A stretch of DNA of 40,849 nt, taken from IMG/VR virus record IMGVR_UViG_2563366924_000005, positions 1-40,849 of that record; one strand, given 5' to 3'. How positions within the stretch are numbered: the first letter of the stretch is position 1; each line of letters begins with the position of its first letter. The notes under the pieces were generated by a model. That model was given only the letters and a program-made list of their open reading frames with translations. It was not told where the DNA came from and made no database searches. Made by a program: the position numbers and the translations under genes. Shown one piece after another: positions 1 to 9,376 of the stretch. The DNA is from a virus (lineage: Duplodnaviria > Heunggongvirae > Uroviricota > Caudoviricetes).

Positions 1-933
1 ATGGACAACGACAAAATTGATCAACACAGCGACGAAATTGAAGTTGAGAGCGAAGAAAAAGAGCGCGGCAAAAAAATAGAAATAGATGAAGACCGACTCC
101 CCTCCCGGGCGATGGCAATTCATGAGCATATCCGCCAGGATGGTGAAAAAGAGCTGGAACGCGACGCAATGGCGCTACTGTGGTCAGCCATTGCGGCGGG
201 TCTGTCGATGGGCGCTTCGTTACTGGCAAAAGGGATATTTCATGTCGAACTGGAAGGTGTGCCGGGCAGCTTCTTACTGGAGAATCTCGGTTATACCTTT
301 GGTTTTATTATCGTCATAATGGCCCGCCAGCAATTATTTACCGAAAACACCGTGACTGCGGTACTACCCGTCATGCAAAAACCGACAATGAGCAACGTTG
401 GCTTACTTATGCGGTTATGGGGAGTCGTGCTGCTGGGTAATATTCTCGGGACTGGTATTGCTGCGTGGGCATTTGAATATATGCCTATCTTCAATGAAGA
501 AACTCGCGATGCATTTGTCAAAATCGGCATGGATGTGATGAAGAACACCCCCAGCGAGATGTTTGCCAACGCGATCATTTCCGGCTGGCTGATCGCCACT
601 ATGGTATGGATGTTTCCTGCAGCAGGTGCGGCAAAGATTGTGGTGATTATATTGATGACCTGGCTTATTGCCCTGGGTGACACCACCCATATCGTGGTCG
701 GTTCTGTTGAAATCCTCTATCTGGTGTTTAACGGTACGCTGCACTGGAGCGATTTCATCTGGCCCTTCGCACTACCTACTTTAGCGGGGAACATCTGCGG
801 CGGCACCTTTATCTTCGCGTTAATGAGTCATGCACAGATTCGTAACGACATGAGCAACAAGCGTAAAGCAGAAGCACGCCAAAAAGCAGAACGTGCGGAA
901 AACATTAAGAAAAATGATAAAAACCCGGCATAA
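1..933 (+). CDS. yfdC: Formate/nitrite-transporter-family inner membrane protein YfdC (host gene flanking argW)
   Basis: 310-aa ORF from window start with several hydrophobic helices; N-terminus MDNDKIDQHSDEIEVESEEKERGKK recognised from memory as E. coli YfdC; sits immediately upstream of tRNA-Arg as in E. coli. Confidence 0.8.
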   Translation: MDNDKIDQHSDEIEVESEEKERGKKIEIDEDRLPSRAMAIHEHIRQDGEKELERDAMALLWSAIAAGLSMGASLLAKGIFHVELEGVPGSFLLENLGYTFGFIIVIMARQQLFTENTVTAVLPVMQKPTMSNVGLLMRLWGVVLLGNILGTGIAAWAFEYMPIFNEETRDAFVKIGMDVMKNTPSEMFANAIISGWLIATMVWMFPAAGAAKIVVIILMTWLIALGDTTHIVVGSVEILYLVFNGTLHWSDFIWPFALPTLAGNICGGTFIFALMSHAQIRNDMSNKRKAEARQKAERAENIKKNDKNPA

Positions 934-1008
934 ATGGCGAGGGTTTAAGCAATCGAGCGGCAGCGTACTTACCCCGCACTCCATTAGCGGGTATACTCAT
1001 GCCGCATT

Positions 1009-1083
1009 GTCCTCTTAGTTAAATGGATATAACGAGCCCCTCCTAAGGGCTAATTGCAGGTTCGATTCCTGCAGGGGACACTA
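1009..1083 (+). tRNA. argW: tRNA-Arg (anticodon CCU), argW; integration target, forms attL
   Basis: Cloverleaf readable by eye: acceptor GTCCTCT/AGGGGAC, anticodon stem AGCCC/GGGCT with loop CTCCTAA (anticodon CCT), T-arm GCAGG-TTCGATT-CCTGC, discriminator A at 1080; the three bases after it (1081-1083) read CTA, not an encoded CCA. Confidence 0.85.
1054..1069. repeat. 16-nt segment of argW T-arm (ttgcaggttcgattcc), left copy of a direct repeat; candidate att core
   Basis: Exact 16/16 match to 40614-40629 (18/19 including one mismatch to the left); lies in the tRNA 3' half next to the integrase gene. Confidence 0.6.
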
Positions 1084-1244
1084 TTTATCAGTTCGCTCCC
1101 ATCCGTACCAGTACGCAAAATCCCCTGAATATCAAGCCTTCCGTAGATTCACAGTTCGTCATGGTTCGCTTCAGATCGTTGACAGCCGCACTCCGTGACG
1201 GGTAAAAAGTGGATAAAATAATTTTACCCACCGGATTTTTACCC

Positions 1245-2423
1245 ATGCTCACCGTTAAGCAGATTGAAGCAGCAAAGCCGAAAGAAAAACCATACCGCCT
1301 TCTCGATGGTAATGGCCTGTACCTTTATGTCCCTGTATCCGGGAAAAAGGTATGGCAGCTTCGCTACAAGATTGACGGTAAGGAGAAAATCCTGACTGTC
1401 GGAAAATATCCGCTTATGACTTTGCAGGAGGCAAGGGATAAAGCATGGACTGCGAGGAAAGACATCTCGGTTGGCATAGATCCGGTAAAAGCGAAAAAGG
1501 CTTCGTCTAACAACAATTCCTTTAGTGCCATTTACAAGGAATGGTACGAGCACAAGAAGCAAGTGTGGTCTGTAGGGTATGCGACTGAACTTGCCAAAAT
1601 GTTTGATGACGACATTTTACCCATCATCGGCGGTCTCGAGATTCTGGATATTGAGCCGATGCAACTGCTGGAAGTAATCCGCAGATTTGAAGATCGCGGT
1701 GCAATGGAGCGAGCCAACAAAGCCCGCAGAAGATGCGGCGAGGTTTTCCGTTACGCTATTGTCACTGGTAGGGCTAAATATAACCCGGCACCTGACCTTG
1801 CTGACGCCATGAAGGGATACCGCAAGAAAAACTTCCCGTTTCTTCCTGCAGACCAGATCCCGGCATTTAACAAAGCACTGGCAACATTTTCAGGAAGCAT
1901 CGTATCGCTCATTGCGACCAAAGTTTTACGCTACACAGCCCTAAGAACAAAAGAGCTTCGTTCCATGCTATGGAAGAACGTCGATTTTGAAAACAGGATT
2001 ATCACCATCGACGCCAGTGTGATGAAGGGACGCAAAATTCATGTGGTTCCTATGTCAGACCAGGTGGTTGAACTTCTCACTACGCTAAGCTCAATCACTA
2101 AACCAGTATCAGAGTTTGTTTTTGCCGGTCGCAACGATAAGAAGAAGCCAATCTGCGAGAACGCGGTATTGCTTGTGATCAAACAAATTGGCTATGAGGG
2201 TCTGGAAAGCGGTCACGGATTCAGGCATGAATTCAGCACGATTATGAACGAGCACGAATGGCCTGCTGATGCTATTGAAGTGCAACTGGCACATGCCAAC
2301 GGCGGATCTGTGCGCGGGATTTACAACCATGCTCGGTATCTCGATAAGCGCAGAGAAATGATGCAGTGGTGGGCGGACTGGCTTGATGAAAAGGTGGAGT
2401 GTTCCACCTTAACTATCGAATGA
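1245..2423 (+). CDS. intS: Tyrosine integrase, IntS-type (KplE1/CPS-53-like), transcribed away from argW
   Basis: ORF 1209-2423; from MLTVKQIEAAKPKEKPYRLLDGNGLYLYVPVSGKKVWQLRYKIDGKEK the protein matches my recollection of E. coli IntS; C-terminal HxxR...Y catalytic region (GHGFRHEF...RGIYNHARY); ATG at 1245 preferred, GTG at 1209 possible. Confidence 0.85.
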   Translation: MLTVKQIEAAKPKEKPYRLLDGNGLYLYVPVSGKKVWQLRYKIDGKEKILTVGKYPLMTLQEARDKAWTARKDISVGIDPVKAKKASSNNNSFSAIYKEWYEHKKQVWSVGYATELAKMFDDDILPIIGGLEILDIEPMQLLEVIRRFEDRGAMERANKARRRCGEVFRYAIVTGRAKYNPAPDLADAMKGYRKKNFPFLPADQIPAFNKALATFSGSIVSLIATKVLRYTALRTKELRSMLWKNVDFENRIITIDASVMKGRKIHVVPMSDQVVELLTTLSSITKPVSEFVFAGRNDKKKPICENAVLLVIKQIGYEGLESGHGFRHEFSTIMNEHEWPADAIEVQLAHANGGSVRGIYNHARYLDKRREMMQWWADWLDEKVECSTLTIE

Positions 2424-2492
2424 CACAAATCCTTGCAATCCAGTGCAAAGCTTTGTGTAAGAGCATCTTGTTGTTTTAATTAACAAATAAAC

Positions 2493-2519
2493 TTATTTTG
2501 ATTTTAGCAATCAAAATAA
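2493..2519. repeat. Perfect 11-bp inverted repeat (ttattttgatt / aatcaaaataa, 5-nt spacer) between convergent int and tailspike genes
   Basis: Seen directly in the AT-rich 156-bp gap between the int stop (2423) and tailspike stop (2580); possible bidirectional terminator or protein-binding site. Confidence 0.3.
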
Positions 2520-2579
2520 AATATTAACAATAATGCACAAAAAAATCACTTGCAATTTAATTGTAACATCAAATGTTCA

Positions 2580-4475
2580 TTACAATATTCTAACTTCACC
2601 GTATACGCTCAATATTTTATCAGGAACCAGATCGCTTCTACCTTTAATTTGAACATATGGCAAATCATCAGTATTTAATTCCAAATTTGTAGAAAAGAAT
2701 ACTCCACCACCACTCTGGATTGAGCTACTAAATTCAAAGAACTCACCAGACATGAATAACCCTTTCAGTCTTACACTTCCAGACTGATGATTTACAACTA
2801 TGTTCACACTTAATGTCTCAACTGAATTATGAATTGCAGATGTCTTTAGTAACAATGTTGAATTACCAAAATCTATCCACTCAAACCCATATTCACCATC
2901 AAGACCACCTGAAAATTTACCAGCATAATTACCAGTTAATATAGAGTTGACGACATTTCCGCTAACTCCATTTATTTTCTTCCTCTGGTCTATTCTGTGA
3001 TTAACTCCAAAATAACCTTCAGGAACAATTAAGTCTCTGGTACTAGACGCAACAGAGTCATAAAATTCAACCCTTACACCATGACCATAAGTGTTTTCCT
3101 TTGTTTTTAATATCCTCCCAATGTTATCAGCATTTTCAAACCTGTTACTTCCAGAAATAAATATTTCACTAGCTGGCGTATCTGCATACCCAACAAAAAA
3201 CATTGAGTCCTTAGAGATAAAATTTACATAGTTATTTTCAAGTAATGATGAAAATACATAACTACCAAAATAAACACCAACATCATCGACATTTTCGATG
3301 TATGAGTTACATAATTTGAAATCATAAACAGCGGCATTAAATTGTATGCCAACAGTGCAACCTTCAACAGAAATACCATCCATTACAAGCGATGTTACAG
3401 GCCCATCAAATCTATATTGCATTTGGGCATTTGTTGCAATCAGTCTTGTAAATTCGTTTAAATTATGCGCCCCGCTAAAAACAAATCTATCACCCAAATA
3501 TTCCTGCGGATATTCAAAAACAATATTATCCAATTTAAGGTAGTAGTTATTGTGTGAGTGAATACCAAATGATGAGCAATTGCAAAATATATTTTTAATC
3601 TCACACCCATGATGCCAGTCTTGAATCCTTAGGCAGGCTGAACTCAACCTATTATTATCTGTGCTTGATATAATAGAGAAATTTGATAATGAGATATACT
3701 TACTGTAATGTGAATCATCACTAGAACCAAAGTTGCTTACAAGCACACCGTTATCATTATAATATCCACTCTCAAAAAGAGTAATATCTGAAAGCATGTT
3801 GAATACGCAACCGCATCCATCTATAATTTTTTGCTTTGCCCTCTCAAATGTTTCATCGAAATTTTGAGGTATAATTAATGTTTTTTTTATGCCATATACC
3901 TTACCTGGAACTCCAATTATTTTTTTGTTTCCATTAAATGCCTCTTTTATTCCTGCTTGAATGTAGTCAGAGCAGTCAATATTTGATGTGTTCCCATTAA
4001 TGTCTGGCGGTATGAAATCATCAAAAGAAAGTGTTTCCCTTAATTTAATTAATGATGTCGTGCCTTTTGCATTGTTTTCACTCTGAATGAATCCTATATA
4101 TTTTGAACCATCGTTTCCAGACAATCTTTCTTCAAGCTGATCAGGGTCATACTTCAGCACATTAGGAAAATAGAATTGCTGCGCTCCATACGCATCGTAT
4201 ACAGCCATAGAATGGCCTTGCACAGTTACGAATTTGGCAATCTGTCCGTTATATACCGGATACCCGCCAGCGTTAATGATGATTGGTTGCGAAACAGGAA
4301 CGTGAGAGCCGTCTTCGTTCTCTACATAAACCTGAATCTGGTTTTCAGGATTTACCGGGTCAGTGTCAATTTTACCGATATAAATTTTGCCATTGGCTAC
4401 GGCTTTAAAAGAACGCGCCATAGTGAAGAGTTGCGAAGGCATCGATACGATCACATTGGCTGTAATGTCTGTCAT
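2580..4475 (-). CDS. Tailspike protein: P22 gp9-type N-terminal head-binding domain fused to a divergent receptor-binding/depolymerase domain
   Basis: N-terminus [47 protein letters not shown]...[15 protein letters not shown]...NVLKYDPDQ closely matches the recalled P22 tailspike N-terminus; the remaining ~500 residues are unrelated to P22 gp9 and the DNA is visibly AT-rich. Confidence 0.85.
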   Translation of the reverse strand: MTDITANVIVSMPSQLFTMARSFKAVANGKIYIGKIDTDPVNPENQIQVYVENEDGSHVPVSQPIIINAGGYPVYNGQIAKFVTVQGHSMAVYDAYGAQQFYFPNVLKYDPDQLEERLSGNDGSKYIGFIQSENNAKGTTSLIKLRETLSFDDFIPPDINGNTSNIDCSDYIQAGIKEAFNGNKKIIGVPGKVYGIKKTLIIPQNFDETFERAKQKIIDGCGCVFNMLSDITLFESGYYNDNGVLVSNFGSSDDSHYSKYISLSNFSIISSTDNNRLSSACLRIQDWHHGCEIKNIFCNCSSFGIHSHNNYYLKLDNIVFEYPQEYLGDRFVFSGAHNLNEFTRLIATNAQMQYRFDGPVTSLVMDGISVEGCTVGIQFNAAVYDFKLCNSYIENVDDVGVYFGSYVFSSLLENNYVNFISKDSMFFVGYADTPASEIFISGSNRFENADNIGRILKTKENTYGHGVRVEFYDSVASSTRDLIVPEGYFGVNHRIDQRKKINGVSGNVVNSILTGNYAGKFSGGLDGEYGFEWIDFGNSTLLLKTSAIHNSVETLSVNIVVNHQSGSVRLKGLFMSGEFFEFSSSIQSGGGVFFSTNLELNTDDLPYVQIKGRSDLVPDKILSVYGEVRIL

Positions 4476-4575
4476 TTAATTTGCTCCAGATACAATGAAT
4501 CGCCGCAGCGTGGCCACGGTGAATTTTGGGCATAAAAAAACCCAGCCGAAGCTGGGTCGTTGCGTTGGTTATCTG

Positions 4576-5454
4576 TCAGTAGTTATGTACTGAAGGAGGT
4601 AATTCTTTATTCTTAAGTCTCATCCATGCGGAAAGATTCGTTGGTCCGTCTGGCTCATTGATATCAACATCTCGTGTGTGATTGATTAAAACGTCTCTCG
4701 CCATTCCGATAACATACGAGAATTCATGACCGTAGTCGTAGCATCTGCCGGAATAGTTCGATTGAATTTGTTTCAGCGCCGGATACAGTTCGCGGAATAA
4801 TGCCTGTGAGCGGTTAGCATAATCCCATAGCCATACAAGGCTGTTTGCTTCTTTTGCAGAAAGCTCGTTGACTTTCCTCTCTTGTTTGCCGATGAACTCT
4901 CCTTCAAGCACTACCCTGTGGATGTACTCTACGGCCAGCGGGATTTGTTCAATTGAAAGTTCATCAATGCTGTCAATACCAAAACGCTGATGAACCATAT
5001 TGTATGCATCGTCATAGCGAAGTCCTTTCTTTCCTACCAGCATGTTTACTGCATCGCGTAGCGGCGTTCTTTCCTCAACAGTGGTTTTCTTGCCTTTCAC
5101 ATACTCGCCATGTTTGCGAATTGAAGGTAGAACTTCTGCTGTTACCCACTTGCGGAATTTGTGCGGGACCGAACCTTTATTGACAGCATCGCGGCAGCGC
5201 AGAACCAATGTATACATACCTGATTCGCTAACAATGCTTAGATTCTGCTCACCACCAAGGGTGTAACTTAAAGTTACTCCCTTTTCATCGTCATCAAGTG
5301 CAGTAAGCGCCTTGCGTGAGTTAGTCAGGGTTAAAGCATCACAAACATCTTTTGCTACAAACCACGGCTCACCGCATTTGTTGATGACGCGGATTTCACT
5401 GTCGCCGAATTTGAAGATGGTGAAATCGTTTTGTGCCTTTGCTATACTTTTCAT
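4576..5454 (-). CDS. ant: Antirepressor Ant (Bro-N/AntA N-terminal domain)
   Basis: ORF 4576-5520; likely start at [11 protein letters not shown] (ATG 5454) with AGGAAA ribosome-binding site; [30 protein letters not shown] is a Bro-N-type motif; immI position next to arc and tailspike as in P22. Confidence 0.75.
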   Translation of the reverse strand: MKSIAKAQNDFTIFKFGDSEIRVINKCGEPWFVAKDVCDALTLTNSRKALTALDDDEKGVTLSYTLGGEQNLSIVSESGMYTLVLRCRDAVNKGSVPHKFRKWVTAEVLPSIRKHGEYVKGKKTTVEERTPLRDAVNMLVGKKGLRYDDAYNMVHQRFGIDSIDELSIEQIPLAVEYIHRVVLEGEFIGKQERKVNELSAKEANSLVWLWDYANRSQALFRELYPALKQIQSNYSGRCYDYGHEFSYVIGMARDVLINHTRDVDINEPDGPTNLSAWMRLKNKELPPSVHNY

Positions 5455-5516
5455 GTCAATATTTCCTAATCCGATTTGTTGATACCGAAGCCCTGACTGT
5501 TCCCGCAGTTGGGGCT

Positions 5517-5690
5517 TCAACTTTTTGCTAGATTACCTTTAGAACTATCCCGCCTTAAACTATCCACTAACCGCATTACCATCTCGGTATTTATTGAGCG
5601 ACCATTTTCTTTCGCTGACTTCTCGATTGCTAACTTAACCTCTAATGGGATGCGCAAAGGGTACTTTGGTGCGTCTGACTTGACTATCAT
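5517..5690 (-). CDS. arc: Arc-like ribbon-helix-helix repressor
   Basis: 57 aa from ATG at 5690 with GGAGG 5 nt upstream; ...[29 protein letters not shown] resembles P22 Arc (..REVLDLVRKVAEENGRSVNSEIYQRV..); directly upstream of ant. Confidence 0.75.
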   Translation of the reverse strand: MIVKSDAPKYPLRIPLEVKLAIEKSAKENGRSINTEMVMRLVDSLRRDSSKGNLAKS

Positions 5691-5708
5691 ATTACCTCCA
5701 ATCAATTT

Positions 5709-5725
5709 GGTATAACCGTTATACC
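5709..5725. promoter_or_regulatory. 17-bp perfect palindrome (ggtataac-c-gttatacc) in the divergent arc/mnt control region; candidate Mnt/Arc operator
   Basis: Seen directly between the arc start (5690) and mnt start (5779); P22 Mnt is known to bind a 17-bp palindromic operator at the equivalent place. Confidence 0.35.
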
Positions 5726-5778
5726 ATTGTGATCGCAGTGATGCAATAGTAATATCACCAAAATGCTATGGAGGTGGT

Positions 5779-6015
5779 ATGTCACGCGAAGAGCCGCAAA
5801 TAAATATCAGGATTTCCAAAGAGTTAAAGGCAAAGGTTAAAGCCAGGGCGCAACATAACAAGCGTTCCATGAATGCTGAAATAATACAGATTATCGAAGA
5901 TGCTGTTTGTGGTAGATCGCTTAATAGCAATGAATTTGCTCAGAAAGAGGCTGACAAATTCAGGGATGCGCTGATTGAAACACTGAAAACCATGTATGGT
6001 AAGGATGCAAAATGA
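5779..6015 (+). CDS. mnt: Mnt-like ribbon-helix-helix maintenance repressor
   Basis: 78 aa; MSREEPQINIRISKELKAKVKARAQHNKRSMNAEIIQIIEDA resembles P22 Mnt (MARDDPHFNFRMPMEVREKLKFRAEANGRSMNSELLQIVQDA); strong GGAGGTGG ribosome-binding site; divergent from arc. Confidence 0.8.
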   Translation: MSREEPQINIRISKELKAKVKARAQHNKRSMNAEIIQIIEDAVCGRSLNSNEFAQKEADKFRDALIETLKTMYGKDAK

Positions 6016-6221
6016 ATAAAAAACAGTTTATTAAGTCAAAAACATCAAGCAAGGAAGAGCTAGAGAAAGAGCTAAACTCCCTGAAATATGCTCTGTGTCT
6101 GGTTTACTCAAGACTGCCAATGGAAGATAAAAACGCTATTTACAATGAAATGATTAGCAGCCTTGATTTTAACGATAGAGACCTAGCATCCCACCTCAAC
6201 AGCTTCCGCGTCCCTGAGTAA
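6012..6221 (+). CDS. Hypothetical protein (69 aa), translationally coupled to mnt
   Basis: ATGA start/stop overlap with mnt; AT-rich; no recognisable motif. Confidence 0.4.
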   Translation: MNKKQFIKSKTSSKEELEKELNSLKYALCLVYSRLPMEDKNAIYNEMISSLDFNDRDLASHLNSFRVPE

Positions 6222-6381
6222 TTCTGTTGCGGATTTGCTTCTTGCGGTGGTTTAGGCTGGAGAGCTTGGCTTCTGCTTCCGATATTTGCGCATCCAGATC
6301 TTTAAGTTCAAGATCTGAAAGTCGCTGGTCAAGCAGGGTTTGATTCAACTCGATGTTGTTCAGGCGTTCTTCTATGGTCAT
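6196..6381 (-). CDS. Hypothetical coiled-coil protein (61 aa)
   Basis: ORF with AAGGT ribosome-binding site upstream of ATG 6381; heptad-like sequence LSDLELKDLDAQISEAEAKLSSL; may be a shadow ORF. Confidence 0.25.
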   Translation of the reverse strand: MTIEERLNNIELNQTLLDQRLSDLELKDLDAQISEAEAKLSSLNHRKKQIRNRITQGRGSC

Positions 6382-6406
6382 ATTGTTACCTTAGTGGGAG
6401 ATTAGT

Positions 6407-6631
6407 ATGGTTTCTGCTATTTTATCGGTGCTGCTAGCGTCATTATTCATCGGAGTGGTGTTGATCTCCCCGATGCCAATAATATCAATATTATTCATCT
6501 TGATGATCGGCTGGTTGTGGCTTAAAAAGGCAAGAAACGATTATTTTTTATCCATAAGAGATAAGCAATTGGAGCTTTTCCGCTTGGGGTACACTGGCGA
6601 CTTGCCATTCTTAACATACCAAAAAAAGTAA
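6407..6631 (+). CDS. Small membrane protein (74 aa, two predicted TM helices)
   Basis: Hydrophobic segments LSVLLASLFIGVVLI and IISILFILMIGWLWL; followed by a rho-independent terminator; last gene of the mnt-side transcription unit. Confidence 0.45.
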   Translation: MVSAILSVLLASLFIGVVLISPMPIISILFILMIGWLWLKKARNDYFLSIRDKQLELFRLGYTGDLPFLTYQKK

Positions 6632-6637
6632 TAATCA

Positions 6638-6659
6638 AGCCGGGTCACTCCGGCTTTTT
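6638..6659 (+). terminator. Rho-independent terminator closing the mnt-side operon
   Basis: Stem agccgg/ccggct with 6-nt loop followed by TTTT, seen directly. Confidence 0.5.
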
Positions 6660-7010
6660 GATATGTCGCTCGCAGAACTCAACAAGCCTGCTCATTAAGT
6701 AGCAGTAAGTCTCGTTGGCTCTTCCTGGTTCAACATCAACACCGACCCTTGAGCAGATATCGAATGCCATGTGAGCGCACTCATGGGCAATGGTAGATAG
6801 TTTGCCATTGAACACGCCTATCACATGCAAAACACCATTCTCGCTGCTCATTGTATGAGACGCTCCGTTGGCATCCGAGTCCTGCACGTCCACGCCAAGT
6901 TTTTGATGCAGGCGTTGCCATTCTGGAAAGTCTCTGCAAAACACAATCGTACCGCTCTCAAAGAGCGGTACGAGCATCTTTGGTACGTTTCCAATGTTTA
7001 CTTTTTTCAT
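6645..7010 (-). CDS. Hypothetical protein with HExxH motif (putative zinc metallopeptidase-like), 121 aa
   Basis: Protein-like translation containing HECAHMAFD; weak GGA ribosome-binding site; overlaps the N-terminal extension of plus-strand ORF 6825-7361, so one of the two readings is wrong. Confidence 0.4.
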   Translation of the reverse strand: MKKVNIGNVPKMLVPLFESGTIVFCRDFPEWQRLHQKLGVDVQDSDANGASHTMSSENGVLHVIGVFNGKLSTIAHECAHMAFDICSRVGVDVEPGRANETYCYLMSRLVEFCERHIKKPE

Positions 7011-7040
7011 GGTATCCTGCGAAAAACTAAGGAGGTTGGT

Positions 7041-7361
7041 GTGTATATATCGCTATCTACCATTTTTTTCATCTGCTTAGCTATTTGGATTTTAAGAATA
7101 TGGCAGGATTGCTCTGTCAGCCATGCTGCTGCGGTGAGAAATAAAAACGCCCTCATAAAAGAAGCTGAAAACGTTGTCTTATCAATGGATCACCTTTCAT
7201 GGACCGAGATGACTACAGGGCAACAAGAGGTTTATGAGTGTGCGATTGAGCGGTTAAGGCTGCTTAAATCGTACAAAAAGAACCACGCACCCGACTCATT
7301 CCCATTCCTGAAAGAATGGCCGAGATGGTATGACCCGAAAAAAGCAACCATCAACCGCTAA
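7041..7361 (+). CDS. Membrane-anchored hypothetical protein (about 106 aa) at the sieA position
   Basis: GTG at 7041 lies 5 nt after a strong AAGGAGG site; N-terminal TM helix ISLSTIFFICLAIWILRIW; position between gp16 and mnt is where P22 carries sieA. Confidence 0.45.
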   Translation: MYISLSTIFFICLAIWILRIWQDCSVSHAAAVRNKNALIKEAENVVLSMDHLSWTEMTTGQQEVYECAIERLRLLKSYKKNHAPDSFPFLKEWPRWYDPKKATINR

Positions 7362-7369
7362 CCAACTTT

Positions 7370-9376
7370 TTACTGCTGGGCTTTCTCACTTGAAGCCTGA
7401 ATTAGAGGTGTAAGAGTTTCAGATACCCGTCTGATCGCTCTATCATAAGCAGTACTTCCTTTTGGCGTGTTTGCTAACTTTAGTAATGCGTTCCTCATCG
7501 CGCGTGACTCATAGCCCCTGCCAGCCATACCGATACCAGCTCCAACTGCCGCAACTTTTGCAAACATTGGATTTGTAACAGACGCAAGAGCTGTTATCAG
7601 CGCTGCTGGACCAGCTACCATTTGCCCTGTTAGTGGGCTTGCGGCAGCTGTAGCTGCCTGTCTAGTGGAATCAAGATATTTCATTATCCCATCAAGCTGT
7701 TTCCCATGCTCTCCTCTGAAGAACGTCTCAGCCTGCTTCCGATTCCTTTTCATTTCATTAATAAACTTCTCAACGCTAAGCTTTCCTGAATCGCTTGTCG
7801 CCTTATCCATTGCACGCTGAACAAGTGCTGCTCTAGCATTTTGACGCCCACTATCATCAAGCAATCGATAAAGTTGCGCCCTTTCCGCTGGGCTTTGGCT
7901 GAATACTAGTTTAGTGACATCTTCTGGCGTTGTTTTACCACTCTGAATAGCTTTTTGGACACGTGTATTGCTCATCATGTCGTTGAACTTTGCCCAAGAA
8001 CGATCAACACGCGACATGTTTTGCGCTTCCTTCGCACCTAGTTTTGCGCCAACCGCTTTTTTCATGTCTGTTGTGTATGCGTTATAAACAGACTGCGCAG
8101 CTTTCTCCAGCGTATCTCTATCGACCTCGTCAGGTGCTGCCATAAAGCGCTTACGTAAGTTTGTACGGTTTTCTCTAGCTAATTGCAGGTTATTTGGACC
8201 GCTGGTGATGTCATTTCTAAACTGTTGAAGGACAGAAACAGCTGAGCGGTCTTGCGATACTCCTGGGCGAGTTAACTTGGAAATCTGCTCATCAATTGCT
8301 TTCACTGTTCCAGTGATGTCAACAGGAGTATCCCCCATCAAACTGATGATCCTGTCGTACCGCTTGCCAGCAGCCTGAATAAATTGCTGCTGACCACGAG
8401 TAGCTGATTGGTAAAGTTGTGCGTCAGATATTCCACCAACATTATCGCTAAATGTTCTAACTAAATCTTCCCTGGCCTTTTGCTGTGCATTTCTTATCCC
8501 ACCTGTTCCGGCTATTGGGATTCGCTCAGCCATAGCTCGTGCTTGCTTACCAATATTTGTTCCCGGTTCCACAAGATCTGTTGTCATCAGTGGCAAGTTG
8601 TTCTGCTTGGCAAAGTCAATCTGAGCTTGTTTTTCAGGAGCAATCTTACCCATAGCAGAACGAGACACTGCGCTTGCGGTGTTTTCTACACCCTTCAGTA
8701 CCCCACCAAGACCAGCAGAAATTGCAGTTTGAACTGGATTAACATTCTCACCGCCAGCGATCTTAGTGGCACCCTGTAAAGCTAAATCAGTAGCGCCTGA
8801 TTTTAGTGTTGCACCTACAACAGACGCAGCTCTACCTGCTGGAGTGAATGCAAGAGCATTTGCCAAGAATGACGTTATATCCTGCGGTGACAAACCAGGC
8901 TTGTTAAGTGCATATTCCCCTGAAGGAAGGGTGACTATGGAATTTCCCTTCTCATCCTTCCGGATTTTCCCGCCAATACTTTGCAGTATTTTCTCCTGTG
9001 AAGCGTCTGAACCAAATAGCTGCCCCAATCCAGCACGCAGCGCATCAGTGCTTAAGCTATTAAGCTCTGGAGCAGACCCAACATTTTGCAGTCTCTCCAT
9101 TTCTGGTGTCATTCGGCTTTCACCGGTAACGGCATCGCGCATTGCAGCACCTAAAACAGCCCCTTGCTCAGCAGAGCGATCTAGTCCTTCCTTCTGCTGA
9201 GTGGCAATCTGTGCATATCCTGATGCAAGTGAGTTGTCTGCTGGCGATTGCTGAACACCTTGTTGTGTTGGTGCTGACTGACCAGCAAAATACTCATCAA
9301 TGGCGGTGCCAATATCTTCGGTGCTCGTACCATCAGGAAAGGTAAATGTCTTACCGTTTGCAGTTACTTTCATCAT
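7370..9376 (-). CDS. Ejection/DNA-transfer protein, P22 gp16 homolog
   Basis: 668-aa ORF in the P22 gp16 slot (gp7-gp20-gp16 order conserved); Gly/Ala/Gln-rich composition typical of ejection proteins. Confidence 0.7.
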   Translation of the reverse strand: MMKVTANGKTFTFPDGTSTEDIGTAIDEYFAGQSAPTQQGVQQSPADNSLASGYAQIATQQKEGLDRSAEQGAVLGAAMRDAVTGESRMTPEMERLQNVGSAPELNSLSTDALRAGLGQLFGSDASQEKILQSIGGKIRKDEKGNSIVTLPSGEYALNKPGLSPQDITSFLANALAFTPAGRAASVVGATLKSGATDLALQGATKIAGGENVNPVQTAISAGLGGVLKGVENTASAVSRSAMGKIAPEKQAQIDFAKQNNLPLMTTDLVEPGTNIGKQARAMAERIPIAGTGGIRNAQQKAREDLVRTFSDNVGGISDAQLYQSATRGQQQFIQAAGKRYDRIISLMGDTPVDITGTVKAIDEQISKLTRPGVSQDRSAVSVLQQFRNDITSGPNNLQLARENRTNLRKRFMAAPDEVDRDTLEKAAQSVYNAYTTDMKKAVGAKLGAKEAQNMSRVDRSWAKFNDMMSNTRVQKAIQSGKTTPEDVTKLVFSQSPAERAQLYRLLDDSGRQNARAALVQRAMDKATSDSGKLSVEKFINEMKRNRKQAETFFRGEHGKQLDGIMKYLDSTRQAATAAASPLTGQMVAGPAALITALASVTNPMFAKVAAVGAGIGMAGRGYESRAMRNALLKLANTPKGSTAYDRAIRRVSETLTPLIQASSEKAQQ

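Noticed and set aside
86-744. ORFs 86-319, 180-440 (plus) and 291-686, 415-744 (minus) overlapping yfdC
   Set aside because: Shadow frames inside a well-supported membrane-protein gene; the translations are not protein-like.
969-997. Possible argW promoter (TATACT at 992-997, weak TTACCC -35)
   Set aside because: The -35 match is poor and spacing to the tRNA 5' end is uncertain; not supportable from sequence alone.
6825-7040. N-terminal 72 codons of the 178-aa plus-strand ORF 6825-7361
   Set aside because: No ribosome-binding site at 6825 and a non-protein-like translation; a strong AAGGAGG precedes GTG 7041, so the gene is called from 7041.
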